35,137 nucleotides of DNA from an uncultured archaeon. GTDB taxonomy: Archaea; Asgardarchaeota; Lokiarchaeia; Sigyniarchaeales; SOKP01. Positions 27,389 through 35,137 of the stretch are shown in pieces. How positions within the stretch are numbered: position 1 is the first letter of the stretch; each line of letters opens with the position of its first letter. The notes beneath the pieces were generated by a model. The model made no database searches. It was not told where the DNA came from and saw only the letters and a program-made list of their open reading frames with translations. The stretch spans positions 1-35,137 of the forward strand of contig CAZOYD010000038.1 of the NCBI GenBank assembly GCA_964583985.1, given 5' to 3'. Both the position numbers and the translations under genes were made by a program.

Positions 27389-29772
27389 GTGGGATAAAGA
27401 GAAAAACCACTGCGATAGAGAGCACATACAGACATTTTCAGACGATAAATAAAATACTTACACATTTTAAACGTGAACAAGATATGAATTTAATTATGAA
27501 ATTAGTACCAAAAGACGGCACTCTTAAATCTTTATTATTAGCTACTGCCTCTATTCATCTTTATCATAATATGGGTATTCGATTGCTTGAAACACAACAA
27601 TATAATAAATTTGCTTTTGAAACTGCGGACCATTTTGAGGAACAACAGAAGAAATTATTATTTGAAGAATTCGATTTGCTATTGAAAAATTCTTTTGATC
27701 TTGAGATTGACCTGATTCATAAGATTACAAAATTGGAAAATTCTTTTTTGAATTTGTTATTAAATGAAAGAATCGTAGAATTATCAGATAATGAAAAAGA
27801 ACAAGAAAGAAAAAGGCTTGATGAAGAGATTGAACAAGAGTTATTAGAAATTGTTACTAAATATCCCCCATTCTATTTTTATGACTTTATCGGAGATTTA
27901 ATAGGATTAGTTGAAGAAATTAAAATCGAAATATTAGAAGAGAGTGCTGCATTTAAAGATATTTCAAATGATTTAGAAAAACAATTAGAAAAAGAAGAAA
28001 AAGAAGACAATTTCATCGAATTATCTACATTAGATAGATTAATCTTAAGAATCAAAAAGAATTTTGAATTTAGATCATACAAAGAACTGCAAGTTCAGGC
28101 AATGCCAGTAAGAATGATTAAACGCAAAATAGTAGAATATGAATCAGAAAAATTTCCCGTGTCTATCAATGCTTTAAGAATATTTATTGAAGGAAATGAG
28201 ATTAAAGAAAATTTAGTGAATATAATTGATCAAAGTTTAACAGAAAAAATAGATTATGCAAGTTTTGAAAAAAAAGTCCTTTCATTCTTAAAATCAAAAT
28301 TATATAAGCAATTAAAGAACAATCCTAATGATTTTATATATCTCCTTCAAAGTTTAAAAGAATCTGGCTTTGATGAGATTATTTTCTTACTGAATATGAG
28401 AGGCGTTGATGATATCCTAAAAGTAGTTAACATTGATGAAGAAATCATCGAAAAAGTAAAAATGAATATGGTTCGCTATAATATTCAAGAACAAGATTTA
28501 CTTCTTTTAAATGATCCAGAAAAGAATTTGCTTTATCAGACAAATAAACTTCTTTGTGATTTAAAATATCCATTTCTTCAAAATCTTGTGGAATCAATAG
28601 GTAGTTCATCAGATATTGAAGTTATTAATCTAATTTATCGAGATGAGGAAATTCTTCAAAAGTTTTGGAAGCTCTTAGAGGATAGATATGGTTTTACGAT
28701 TAATGATCTAAGAGAATTCGTAAGAAAAAAACAGATTATTGAAAAAGTGTTTTTTCATGATCTTCACCTTTCCAATTATTCACAAATCATCTTAATTCTT
28801 AACTTTGAAGAGTATTTTAATAATATCGTCAAGGATATTTATTTATACATCTTATCTAAAATTTTAAGACAATATAGCCGCATTATTGAATTATATAACA
28901 AGATTAGCAATGACAAGGGGTTATATCTTTTAGCAATAACAAAAATTAAAGGCACTTTGGACTCAGAGGAATGGGTTAATATTAAATTCGAAGAATTGAT
29001 CATATCTCGAATGATGAAACGACAAGAAGAGTTGGTAGTTGTATTCAACGCACAAAATCAAGTTTTTCTCGTTAATGGATTTATCTTATCACGATTAGAA
29101 GACAAATCTTTAAAACAAAGCATATCAGAGCTAAAAACTCAGCCGAGTTATATTTTTAGTGATGTTACCCCGTTATCATTGAAAGCTGACATCATTTCTC
29201 CGGTTTCATATTGCATAGCTTATGATTTAGTCAAAAGATTCGAAAATTTTAACGAAAAAGGCAAATCGAAGGTTATAGAAGGCATTGAAAAGGTAGAAAA
29301 AGAAAAAGTAGAGAAGATGAGGATAGTTCGTGAAAAACAAGAAGAAAATACATTTAATTGGATTGAACGTCGCATTACATCGGCTCTAATGGGTATTGGT
29401 CGCCCTGGAATCAACCCGAATCAATTTTATTGGCAAGATAAAGATACAAAAATATTAGCAGAAAGTATTAAAATTCATAATGAGTCTGGCACAAATCCAA
29501 TGATTACTTTTTTTGAATTTTACAAGGAGTCAATAGATTTAATCAAAAAACTAGAACCAAAATTTAAACTTCCCAACGAAGATAAAATGCATGACGATAT
29601 ATCTCAAATGATAGCAGATGTTTTAATTGAAAGAGTAAAACACGCTCCTTCTCTTGATGAAATAAAAACTATGGTTGACGGAGAAAGATTTGAGATCTCT
29701 AAAAGGATGTCAATTAAAATTGGAAAGGTTCTAGATAAAGTTCTCTATTTTAAATTCAAGAAAAAACCGTAA
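27370..29772 (+). CDS. large hypothetical, mostly alpha-helical protein (800 aa)
   Basis: Long intact ORF overlapping the upstream gene by 19 nt; E/K/L-rich; no motif recognised. Confidence 0.8.
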   Translation: MVDRRISGIKRKTTAIESTYRHFQTINKILTHFKREQDMNLIMKLVPKDGTLKSLLLATASIHLYHNMGIRLLETQQYNKFAFETADHFEEQQKKLLFEEFDLLLKNSFDLEIDLIHKITKLENSFLNLLLNERIVELSDNEKEQERKRLDEEIEQELLEIVTKYPPFYFYDFIGDLIGLVEEIKIEILEESAAFKDISNDLEKQLEKEEKEDNFIELSTLDRLILRIKKNFEFRSYKELQVQAMPVRMIKRKIVEYESEKFPVSINALRIFIEGNEIKENLVNIIDQSLTEKIDYASFEKKVLSFLKSKLYKQLKNNPNDFIYLLQSLKESGFDEIIFLLNMRGVDDILKVVNIDEEIIEKVKMNMVRYNIQEQDLLLLNDPEKNLLYQTNKLLCDLKYPFLQNLVESIGSSSDIEVINLIYRDEEILQKFWKLLEDRYGFTINDLREFVRKKQIIEKVFFHDLHLSNYSQIILILNFEEYFNNIVKDIYLYILSKILRQYSRIIELYNKISNDKGLYLLAITKIKGTLDSEEWVNIKFEELIISRMMKRQEELVVVFNAQNQVFLVNGFILSRLEDKSLKQSISELKTQPSYIFSDVTPLSLKADIISPVSYCIAYDLVKRFENFNEKGKSKVIEGIEKVEKEKVEKMRIVREKQEENTFNWIERRITSALMGIGRPGINPNQFYWQDKDTKILAESIKIHNESGTNPMITFFEFYKESIDLIKKLEPKFKLPNEDKMHDDISQMIADVLIERVKHAPSLDEIKTMVDGERFEISKRMSIKIGKVLDKVLYFKFKKKP

Positions 29773-29849
29773 TAATCGTCAAAATAAAAAAAATATTATA
29801 ATTACCATCATTTATTAAAATAGAGTATAATAAATAAAATGATTTTATT

Positions 29850-30113
29850 ATGTCTTGGTTAAAAAAAGAATTCGGTTATATCAAAGATTCAATGGGTCAA
29901 ATTCTTAAAGCTTTCCTAGTAGTACTTTTATTATCATCCGGTTTAGCGCTAGCTATATTTTTAAGGTTTTTAGGAATGAATGGTACAATTATTACTTTTT
30001 TAAGTCTCGTTGTTGAATGTGTGGCTTTAATCCTATGTCATTTTTTACTTCGTAAATATATCAAATCAACTGAGAAAAAAGAACCAAATCAGATTACAAA
30101 AAAAAAGCTATAA
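29850..30113 (+). CDS. small 2-TM membrane protein
   Basis: Two hydrophobic helices and a basic C-terminal tail. Confidence 0.65.
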   Translation: MSWLKKEFGYIKDSMGQILKAFLVVLLLSSGLALAIFLRFLGMNGTIITFLSLVVECVALILCHFLLRKYIKSTEKKEPNQITKKKL

Positions 30114-30114
30114 T

Positions 30115-30840
30115 CTAAAAAAAACGCTCCCATTCTCTTTCTTTTAAATTATTTGAATCCAAGAATGCTTTTATATCCGTTAATAATATCAGTGGATCAT
30201 ATTCCCAAGCTTTTTCTTTATTGAACGAGATGCATTTAATATTAGATATCTCTAATACATTCTTTACAAGTAAACCATACATTGCAACTTGAGGTAGGGA
30301 AATCATGAATTTACCTTCAGGTTTGTAATCTATCACTTTTAATGTATTTCCTTCGATTTGGATTAGATCTATGTGTCCGGTAAGACGCGTGTCATTATCT
30401 TCCTTCCAAATTGGAACTTCTATGGCAATTGAATCTGGATCTTTAATTAAAATATTTTTTAATATTGGATTATGACCTGGTTTCTTGTTTCGTCCAATAA
30501 ACGTATCGAATACTTTCTGAGCCCTCATGGGTAGTTTTGATTGAGAATTTAATTCTATTATTTTTCCGGTTCTTATGAGCTTTTTTTTAAAAAATTCAAG
30601 GTATGTAGTTTTGATTCCTCTTAATTTGAACTGAGAAATTCTTGGAATGTTTCTTGAATTAAATAGATCATTTGGAATTTTTCCTTCGTAAACTTCTTCG
30701 AAATGTCCTTTTAATCTTTCAAAGTCCTCTTTATTTGAATTTATTTGATTGATTTTCTGAAAGTAATGTTCTTTATTCCAATTGAAAGAATAAGGAATAT
30801 TTTGATGGACGAATGTCTTTTTTATTAAATCATACTTCAT
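30115..30840 (-). CDS. PD-(D/E)XK nuclease family protein (RecB-like)
   Basis: AIEVPIW...LTGHIDLI....KVIDYKP....PQVAMYG (E, D, DxK and QxxxY motifs). Confidence 0.85.
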   Translation of the reverse strand: MKYDLIKKTFVHQNIPYSFNWNKEHYFQKINQINSNKEDFERLKGHFEEVYEGKIPNDLFNSRNIPRISQFKLRGIKTTYLEFFKKKLIRTGKIIELNSQSKLPMRAQKVFDTFIGRNKKPGHNPILKNILIKDPDSIAIEVPIWKEDNDTRLTGHIDLIQIEGNTLKVIDYKPEGKFMISLPQVAMYGLLVKNVLEISNIKCISFNKEKAWEYDPLILLTDIKAFLDSNNLKEREWERFF

Positions 30841-30960
30841 ATTGACAGAAGAAATTTACGTTTTATCTTTAGAGATTATTATATAATAATAACAGTTTAA
30901 ATTTTTAAAAAAAATGTATTAATGATTTATTAATTTATCACCGAGAAATAAACTATTTTA

Positions 30961-30973
30961 AAAAAGTTTATAG
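30961..30973 (+). promoter_or_regulatory. BRE/TATA box of tRNA-Arg
   Basis: AAAAAG TTTATA ending about 26 nt upstream of the mature tRNA 5' end. Confidence 0.55.
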
Positions 30974-30998
30974 ACAATCCAAGATTCTTTTCGTGTGA

Positions 30999-31073
30999 GG
31001 ATCTGTAGCCAAGCATGGATATGGCGTCGGACTTCTAATCCGAAGATCGCAGGTTCGAATCCTGCCAGGTCCA
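30999..31073 (+). tRNA. tRNA-Arg (anticodon TCT), intronless, CCA not encoded
   Basis: Acceptor GGATCTG/CAGGTCC; anticodon arm TCGGA-CTTCTAA-TCCGA; T arm GCAGG-TTCGAAT-CCTGC. Confidence 0.97.
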
Positions 31074-31105
31074 TTCTTCTTATAATAAATCGCGCTTGGT
31101 CTGAG

Positions 31106-32254
31106 TTAATTTTTCCACTTTTTTAATCTTAAATATAAATCCAATGATAAAAGATCAATTTTAGGCGAATATCCTTTAACCTTTCTTGAAGATAAGATTT
31201 TTACGATATGATAATTTTGCTCGTCAAAAATCTTTTCTAAAGTTTGAACTGGACGTTCGATGGGAGAGGATTTGTCATTAAAAAGATAGTAATGAAGAAT
31301 ACCTCCTGATTCTTTGAGAAGAAAACAAGCAACATCAAGATAATTAAAAGCCGTTTCGGGCAAATTCATTATTACGCGGTCCACGCGGTTTTTTAAACGT
31401 TTTCCTAATATATTTCTCTTATCTAATAAATTTTTAACGTCTAAATTATATGCAGTTATTTTGTCATTAACTTTATTGAGAGTAATATTACACTCTAAAT
31501 ACTTATAAGCTGATGGATTTATGTCAAAAGAATGGATATTTACTTGGTGATTTTTAGCGATTTGAATTGAGAAGGGTCCAACTCCGGCAAACATATCAAT
31601 AATGTTCTCGTTTTCTTTAAATTGACTCGTAGCTATTCTATTTCTTTCATAAACCAAACGAGGAGAGAAGTAAGCCGTTTTTATGTCAAGTTTAAACATG
31701 CATTTATTTTCTTTATGGATTGTCTCAGGATTGTCTGGACCTTTTAAAATTGAGAAATCTCTTAACCGGTATAACCCTTTAATTTCACTTTTTTTTTCAT
31801 AAACCGACTTTAATCCCTTATTAAGTTGTAAGATAGAACTTGCTACTTGATCCTTGTATTTAGCGCTCTCTTTTTGACTTAATTCTGAAAAACGATCAAA
31901 CTCAACAATCGCAACTTCACCAATAACATCGTAAGATCTTGGAATTATATTTATCACATCATCTGGTAATTTTTCACGTAATAAATCTACCAGAGAGGTT
32001 CGTTTGTTTTTTCCTTTAGGCGTGCCTTTTTTGCATATGATCTCAATCAAAAGGTGATCTTCAAGAATGTTAATCAATTCACTGTACTGTTCATCATTAA
32101 GCGACTTTATTGGAAATAGAATATAATCTCCATCGTATTCAATCTTATAATCTTGATTAATAACTCTAACTCCCTTAAATTGCTTACTTAGCACCTTTTT
32201 TAGTGTTTCTCCACCCTCTTTTTTAACTTTAATAAATTGGATTTTATTTTTCAT
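31106..32254 (-). CDS. trm5: tRNA (guanine-37) methyltransferase, Trm5/Met-10+ family
   Basis: RSYDVIGEVAI, TIHKENKC.F.LD...YFSPRL..ER, DMFAGVGPFSI, DINP, RVIMNLP. Confidence 0.9.
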   Translation of the reverse strand: MKNKIQFIKVKKEGGETLKKVLSKQFKGVRVINQDYKIEYDGDYILFPIKSLNDEQYSELINILEDHLLIEIICKKGTPKGKNKRTSLVDLLREKLPDDVINIIPRSYDVIGEVAIVEFDRFSELSQKESAKYKDQVASSILQLNKGLKSVYEKKSEIKGLYRLRDFSILKGPDNPETIHKENKCMFKLDIKTAYFSPRLVYERNRIATSQFKENENIIDMFAGVGPFSIQIAKNHQVNIHSFDINPSAYKYLECNITLNKVNDKITAYNLDVKNLLDKRNILGKRLKNRVDRVIMNLPETAFNYLDVACFLLKESGGILHYYLFNDKSSPIERPVQTLEKIFDEQNYHIVKILSSRKVKGYSPKIDLLSLDLYLRLKKWKN

Positions 32255-32676
32255 TTTATCATAGTTTTAAAGGTTAATTTCATTTCTTTGTTGGAAGAAT
32301 TGAGGTTTTTAACTAAATCTCTATTCAACTCGTTAGCTGATTTAGAGCAATTAATTAACACGGTTCGATCACAGATAAAATCACTTTTACGGAATACCAT
32401 ATCAAACTCATGGGAAAGTGGTAACAAATTGCTTCCAAAACCATAAAAATTGTCTTGATATTCTCCTACTTGAATTTCCACTTCAATTTTTGCCCCATCC
32501 CAGATCTTGTGTTTTAATTTTAAGTCTAAATCAGAACATGCTTTTGATGAATTGATCCCTAAAACACATGTTCCTCTAGACGTTAACTCATTTTCCTTTG
32601 TAATTTCAATGGTCGATTTATGAATACAAGAGACATTTACGTGTCCAAAAGCGATTATGCTCTCTAAAATAGTCAT
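32251..32676 (-). CDS. DUF371-family protein
   Basis: AFGHVNV...HKSTIEITKENELTSRGTCVLGI, DMVFRKSDFICDRT, SKSA. Confidence 0.85.
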   Translation of the reverse strand: MTILESIIAFGHVNVSCIHKSTIEITKENELTSRGTCVLGINSSKACSDLDLKLKHKIWDGAKIEVEIQVGEYQDNFYGFGSNLLPLSHEFDMVFRKSDFICDRTVLINCSKSANELNRDLVKNLNSSNKEMKLTFKTMIK

Positions 32677-32678
32677 TA

Positions 32679-34319
32679 TTATAAACCATCATTAAAATAT
32701 GCTAATATGGACTCAATATTAAGAAATATAGAGACTTTATCTTTAAATTTACTCATTAAATAATCCTCTATCATGAAAATTACATTATTTTTTGATATTT
32801 CTGCTTTTTTATTCAACTCATTTACATATTCGTTTGGAATTAATATCGCTATCTTATCATATTTAGCCTGATTTTTCTCAAAAAAGAATTTTGTATTCTT
32901 TAATGCATTATTGCATTGGTCATTTTGCATTATCTCCATTCTTCCCTCGTGTTGACCAAACGGAAAAGACTCCATTAGCTCATACGGTATTATTCCATAG
33001 AATGATGAAGCAAATATAACGTGAATTTCCTCTCGCATTACTTCTTTATTAATGAGTTCTAACCATTTTTGAACCTCAAGGGAATAAGTCCCTTTCACAT
33101 CCAGTTCGGGTATAATTATTAAATATTTAATTTCTTTCGGGACTCGATAATTAGACTCCAATTTATTAAAATAACGGCGGAACAACGGTCTGTTTACGCT
33201 TTCAACCGATGAATAAAGCCTCCCATGATTCTTATAGACCTTCTCGTATTGTTCAAAAAAATCCTCGTGGATTTTAATCATCCTATAGGCATTAACCAAA
33301 TTTGGATGGTTCCTTATTCTCATTTCTACAAGCTCCCATAAATCACCATCCCTTATTGCTTGTCTTATTGTCCTCAATTCTGAAAATGAAAGATAGAGAT
33401 TGTGCTTTGCTAACAACTCAACTCTCAATTCAGGTTCAAAATTTCTAACTTCAGCAGGAGTATATTTCGTGCAAATCGGACAATGGCATGGAAATTCGAT
33501 CAACTCATCCAACCTTTTTGTGCCCGTAGAAAGGGTAAAGTAACGATTTTCTCTGGCAAATAAGATATACGCTGCCGAATCCATCAAATCACATCCACAA
33601 GCAACTGCTAATGAGAAGAATTGCGGCAAACCTAAACCGAACATGTGGAGGGGTTTATTCGGAATGATATTTTTTTTCACTGTTATAAGCATGTTCAGAG
33701 TCAATTCAAACTGGTATTGTAGAAATGCTTTTACTAACCCTCCAATAGCATAAATACCAAAATCTAATTTACTCATTTCAATACTACTTTTTTTTAGTAA
33801 ATCGGGAAACTTTCCTCCATGGATCGGACCAATCCAATAACAATTTGGATTTTTTCTTCTTGAGATATTTTCTTTCGCTCTCTCTAAAGTCTTTGAAACT
33901 TTCGCTTCGGCCACTTCAAAAGTATCTTCCAACTGAACTGGGATATCTAAAATCACGGGAAAATCTGATTCAATTTTTTCTTGGAAACTTTCAATCTCTT
34001 CTGGACTGATCTCAATCTTGTTGTCATTATACATGTATTGCTGAAAAGCTCCGCTGTCTGTTGCAATAACCCCATCAAAATCCAGAAAATCATGGATTCC
34101 TTTTTTTAACACTTCTTCTCTTTTATCTGTATTCTTATAGAGGATGTACGCATTCGTAAACACACACTGAGCACCCAAATCCTTTAACCCCGATGCCCCG
34201 ATTACATTATCAAAAGGATGAATTACTGGAAATAGGTTTGGCGTGATCATTTTCTTATTATTTATTTCAATAGTTCCTATACGTCCCAGTGCATCTACAT
34301 CCTGAATTTCAAATTTCAT
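32679..34319 (-). CDS. tgtA: archaeosine tRNA-guanine(15) transglycosylase
   Basis: DALGRIG, TDSGAFQ, HMFGLG, GCDLMDSAAY, Zn site CHCPIC...HNL, IRQAIRDGDLWELVE.R...HP. Confidence 0.95.
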   Translation of the reverse strand: MKFEIQDVDALGRIGTIEINNKKMITPNLFPVIHPFDNVIGASGLKDLGAQCVFTNAYILYKNTDKREEVLKKGIHDFLDFDGVIATDSGAFQQYMYNDNKIEISPEEIESFQEKIESDFPVILDIPVQLEDTFEVAEAKVSKTLERAKENISRRKNPNCYWIGPIHGGKFPDLLKKSSIEMSKLDFGIYAIGGLVKAFLQYQFELTLNMLITVKKNIIPNKPLHMFGLGLPQFFSLAVACGCDLMDSAAYILFARENRYFTLSTGTKRLDELIEFPCHCPICTKYTPAEVRNFEPELRVELLAKHNLYLSFSELRTIRQAIRDGDLWELVEMRIRNHPNLVNAYRMIKIHEDFFEQYEKVYKNHGRLYSSVESVNRPLFRRYFNKLESNYRVPKEIKYLIIIPELDVKGTYSLEVQKWLELINKEVMREEIHVIFASSFYGIIPYELMESFPFGQHEGRMEIMQNDQCNNALKNTKFFFEKNQAKYDKIAILIPNEYVNELNKKAEISKNNVIFMIEDYLMSKFKDKVSIFLNIESILAYFNDGL

Positions 34320-34356
34320 CTATTCTCACATCACGAGATCCTAACATATCACATTA

Positions 34357-34962
34357 TCACATATCAAAATATTTTTCCAGGCGATTTTCGTTGGAAAGTT
34401 TTTCCAGCCAATCAATCTTGCCTAATGCATAATTTTTAATATTTTTTTCGCGCAAAATTAATTCGGCTATTTTAGTAACTAACCTATCGTCACCTGAAGA
34501 TGTATCTATTTCTAAGAGCGGTTTTTTCATGTCTTTTTCAACAAAGAAGTTCGCACAATTACCTAAAATTTCTGATTGAACATTTTCCCTCACTTTCTGC
34601 TCGGAATACCCCCTCGATTTTAATCTCTTAAATAAAATATCCGGCTCACACCTAAGTACAATAACTAAATCAACATATTCCTCAGGTATGATATCCGTGA
34701 GGTGCCCTTCGATAATAAGAATTGACATTCCCTGACTTTTACTCTTTTCAATTAAATTTATGATTTCCGGAACGATTTTAACCTCATCAATCACGTACGT
34801 ATCCCTTTCAGAATCAAATTCTAAAATGAGATCCTTTTTAACGGCAAATTCACTCAATGAAATCACTTTGGCACTCACTTTTTCCGTGAATTTTTCAACC
34901 ACTTTTTTCGTGATTAAGGTCTTTCCCGTACCGGGTGTCCCCGTAAATAATACAACTTTCAT
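34357..34962 (-). CDS. adenylate kinase 6 / Fap7-like NTPase
   Basis: FTGTPGTGKT, IIEGH, VLRCEP..L..RL..RGYSEQKVRENVQSE. Confidence 0.9.
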   Translation of the reverse strand: MKVVLFTGTPGTGKTLITKKVVEKFTEKVSAKVISLSEFAVKKDLILEFDSERDTYVIDEVKIVPEIINLIEKSKSQGMSILIIEGHLTDIIPEEYVDLVIVLRCEPDILFKRLKSRGYSEQKVRENVQSEILGNCANFFVEKDMKKPLLEIDTSSGDDRLVTKIAELILREKNIKNYALGKIDWLEKLSNENRLEKYFDM

Positions 34963-35082
34963 TTTTTCTCATTTTATCTGCATAGCTATTGACATTTCAA
35001 TAAGTGTTGATAGAAATTTAAAACTTTTAATTATGGATTAACGGGATTTATTTTTTTATCACCAAAAACCAGATAAAGAAAG

Positions 35083-35137
35083 TGGGAAAGGGGGGCTTCG
35101 AACCCCCGACCTCACGGTTATCAGCCGTGCGCTATAC
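35083..35137 (-). tRNA. tRNA-Ile (anticodon GAT), 5' part outside the window
   Basis: Minus strand: CACGG-CTGATAA-CCGTG anticodon arm; GGGGG-TTCGAAG-CCCCC T arm; acceptor 3' strand CTTTCCC-A. Confidence 0.93.

Noticed and set aside
30115-30840. Cas4 / CRISPR locus
   Set aside because: Lacks the four Fe-S cysteines; no cas genes or repeat array in the window.
11172-35041. Other short opposite-strand or overlapping ORFs (11172, 12634, 13328, 15451, 16803, 17953, 20665, 21191, 21517, 23414, 23857, 25309, 27879, 28839, 29220, 32237, 34760)
   Set aside because: They overlap well-supported genes and show no protein-like motifs.
30999-35137. Integrated element between the two tRNAs
   Set aside because: The intervening genes are core RNA-maturation genes; no integrase or att duplication was seen.

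Overview
AT-rich archaeal chromosomal segment, most likely from an Asgard archaeon (Lokiarchaeia-like). This is inferred from archaeal housekeeping genes (rpl15e, RNase P Rpp30/Pop5, archaeosine TGT, Trm5, TrpB2) occurring with a roadblock protein and a longin/uDENN-like protein. It holds about 30 CDSs, tRNA-Arg(TCT) and a truncated tRNA-Ile(GAT). No CRISPR array or transposon was seen. Three things are missing from the supplied ORF track. (1) A 17-codon Trp-rich ORF (MFTEKMAFWRWQWQWRS*, 24216-24269, minus strand) lies 150 nt upstream of trpB2, followed by competing RNA pairings and a U-tract; it is a candidate ribosome-dependent tryptophan attenuator in an archaeon and the most striking signal here. 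(2) A well-formed box C/D sRNA (8956-9042, minus strand) has a D guide predicting 2'-O-methylation of 23S G2251 (E. coli numbering). (3) An SMC protein of at least 1473 aa (<1-4421, minus strand) has canonical heads but no recognisable hinge or zinc hook, and instead carries a duplicated helical unit at its apex. Also notable: a Cdc6/Orc1 paralogue with degenerate Walker motifs, an EMC6/RAB5IF-like membrane protein, and a four-gene metabolic cassette between rpl15e and the RNase P genes. All family assignments come from motif recognition by eye; no searches were run.
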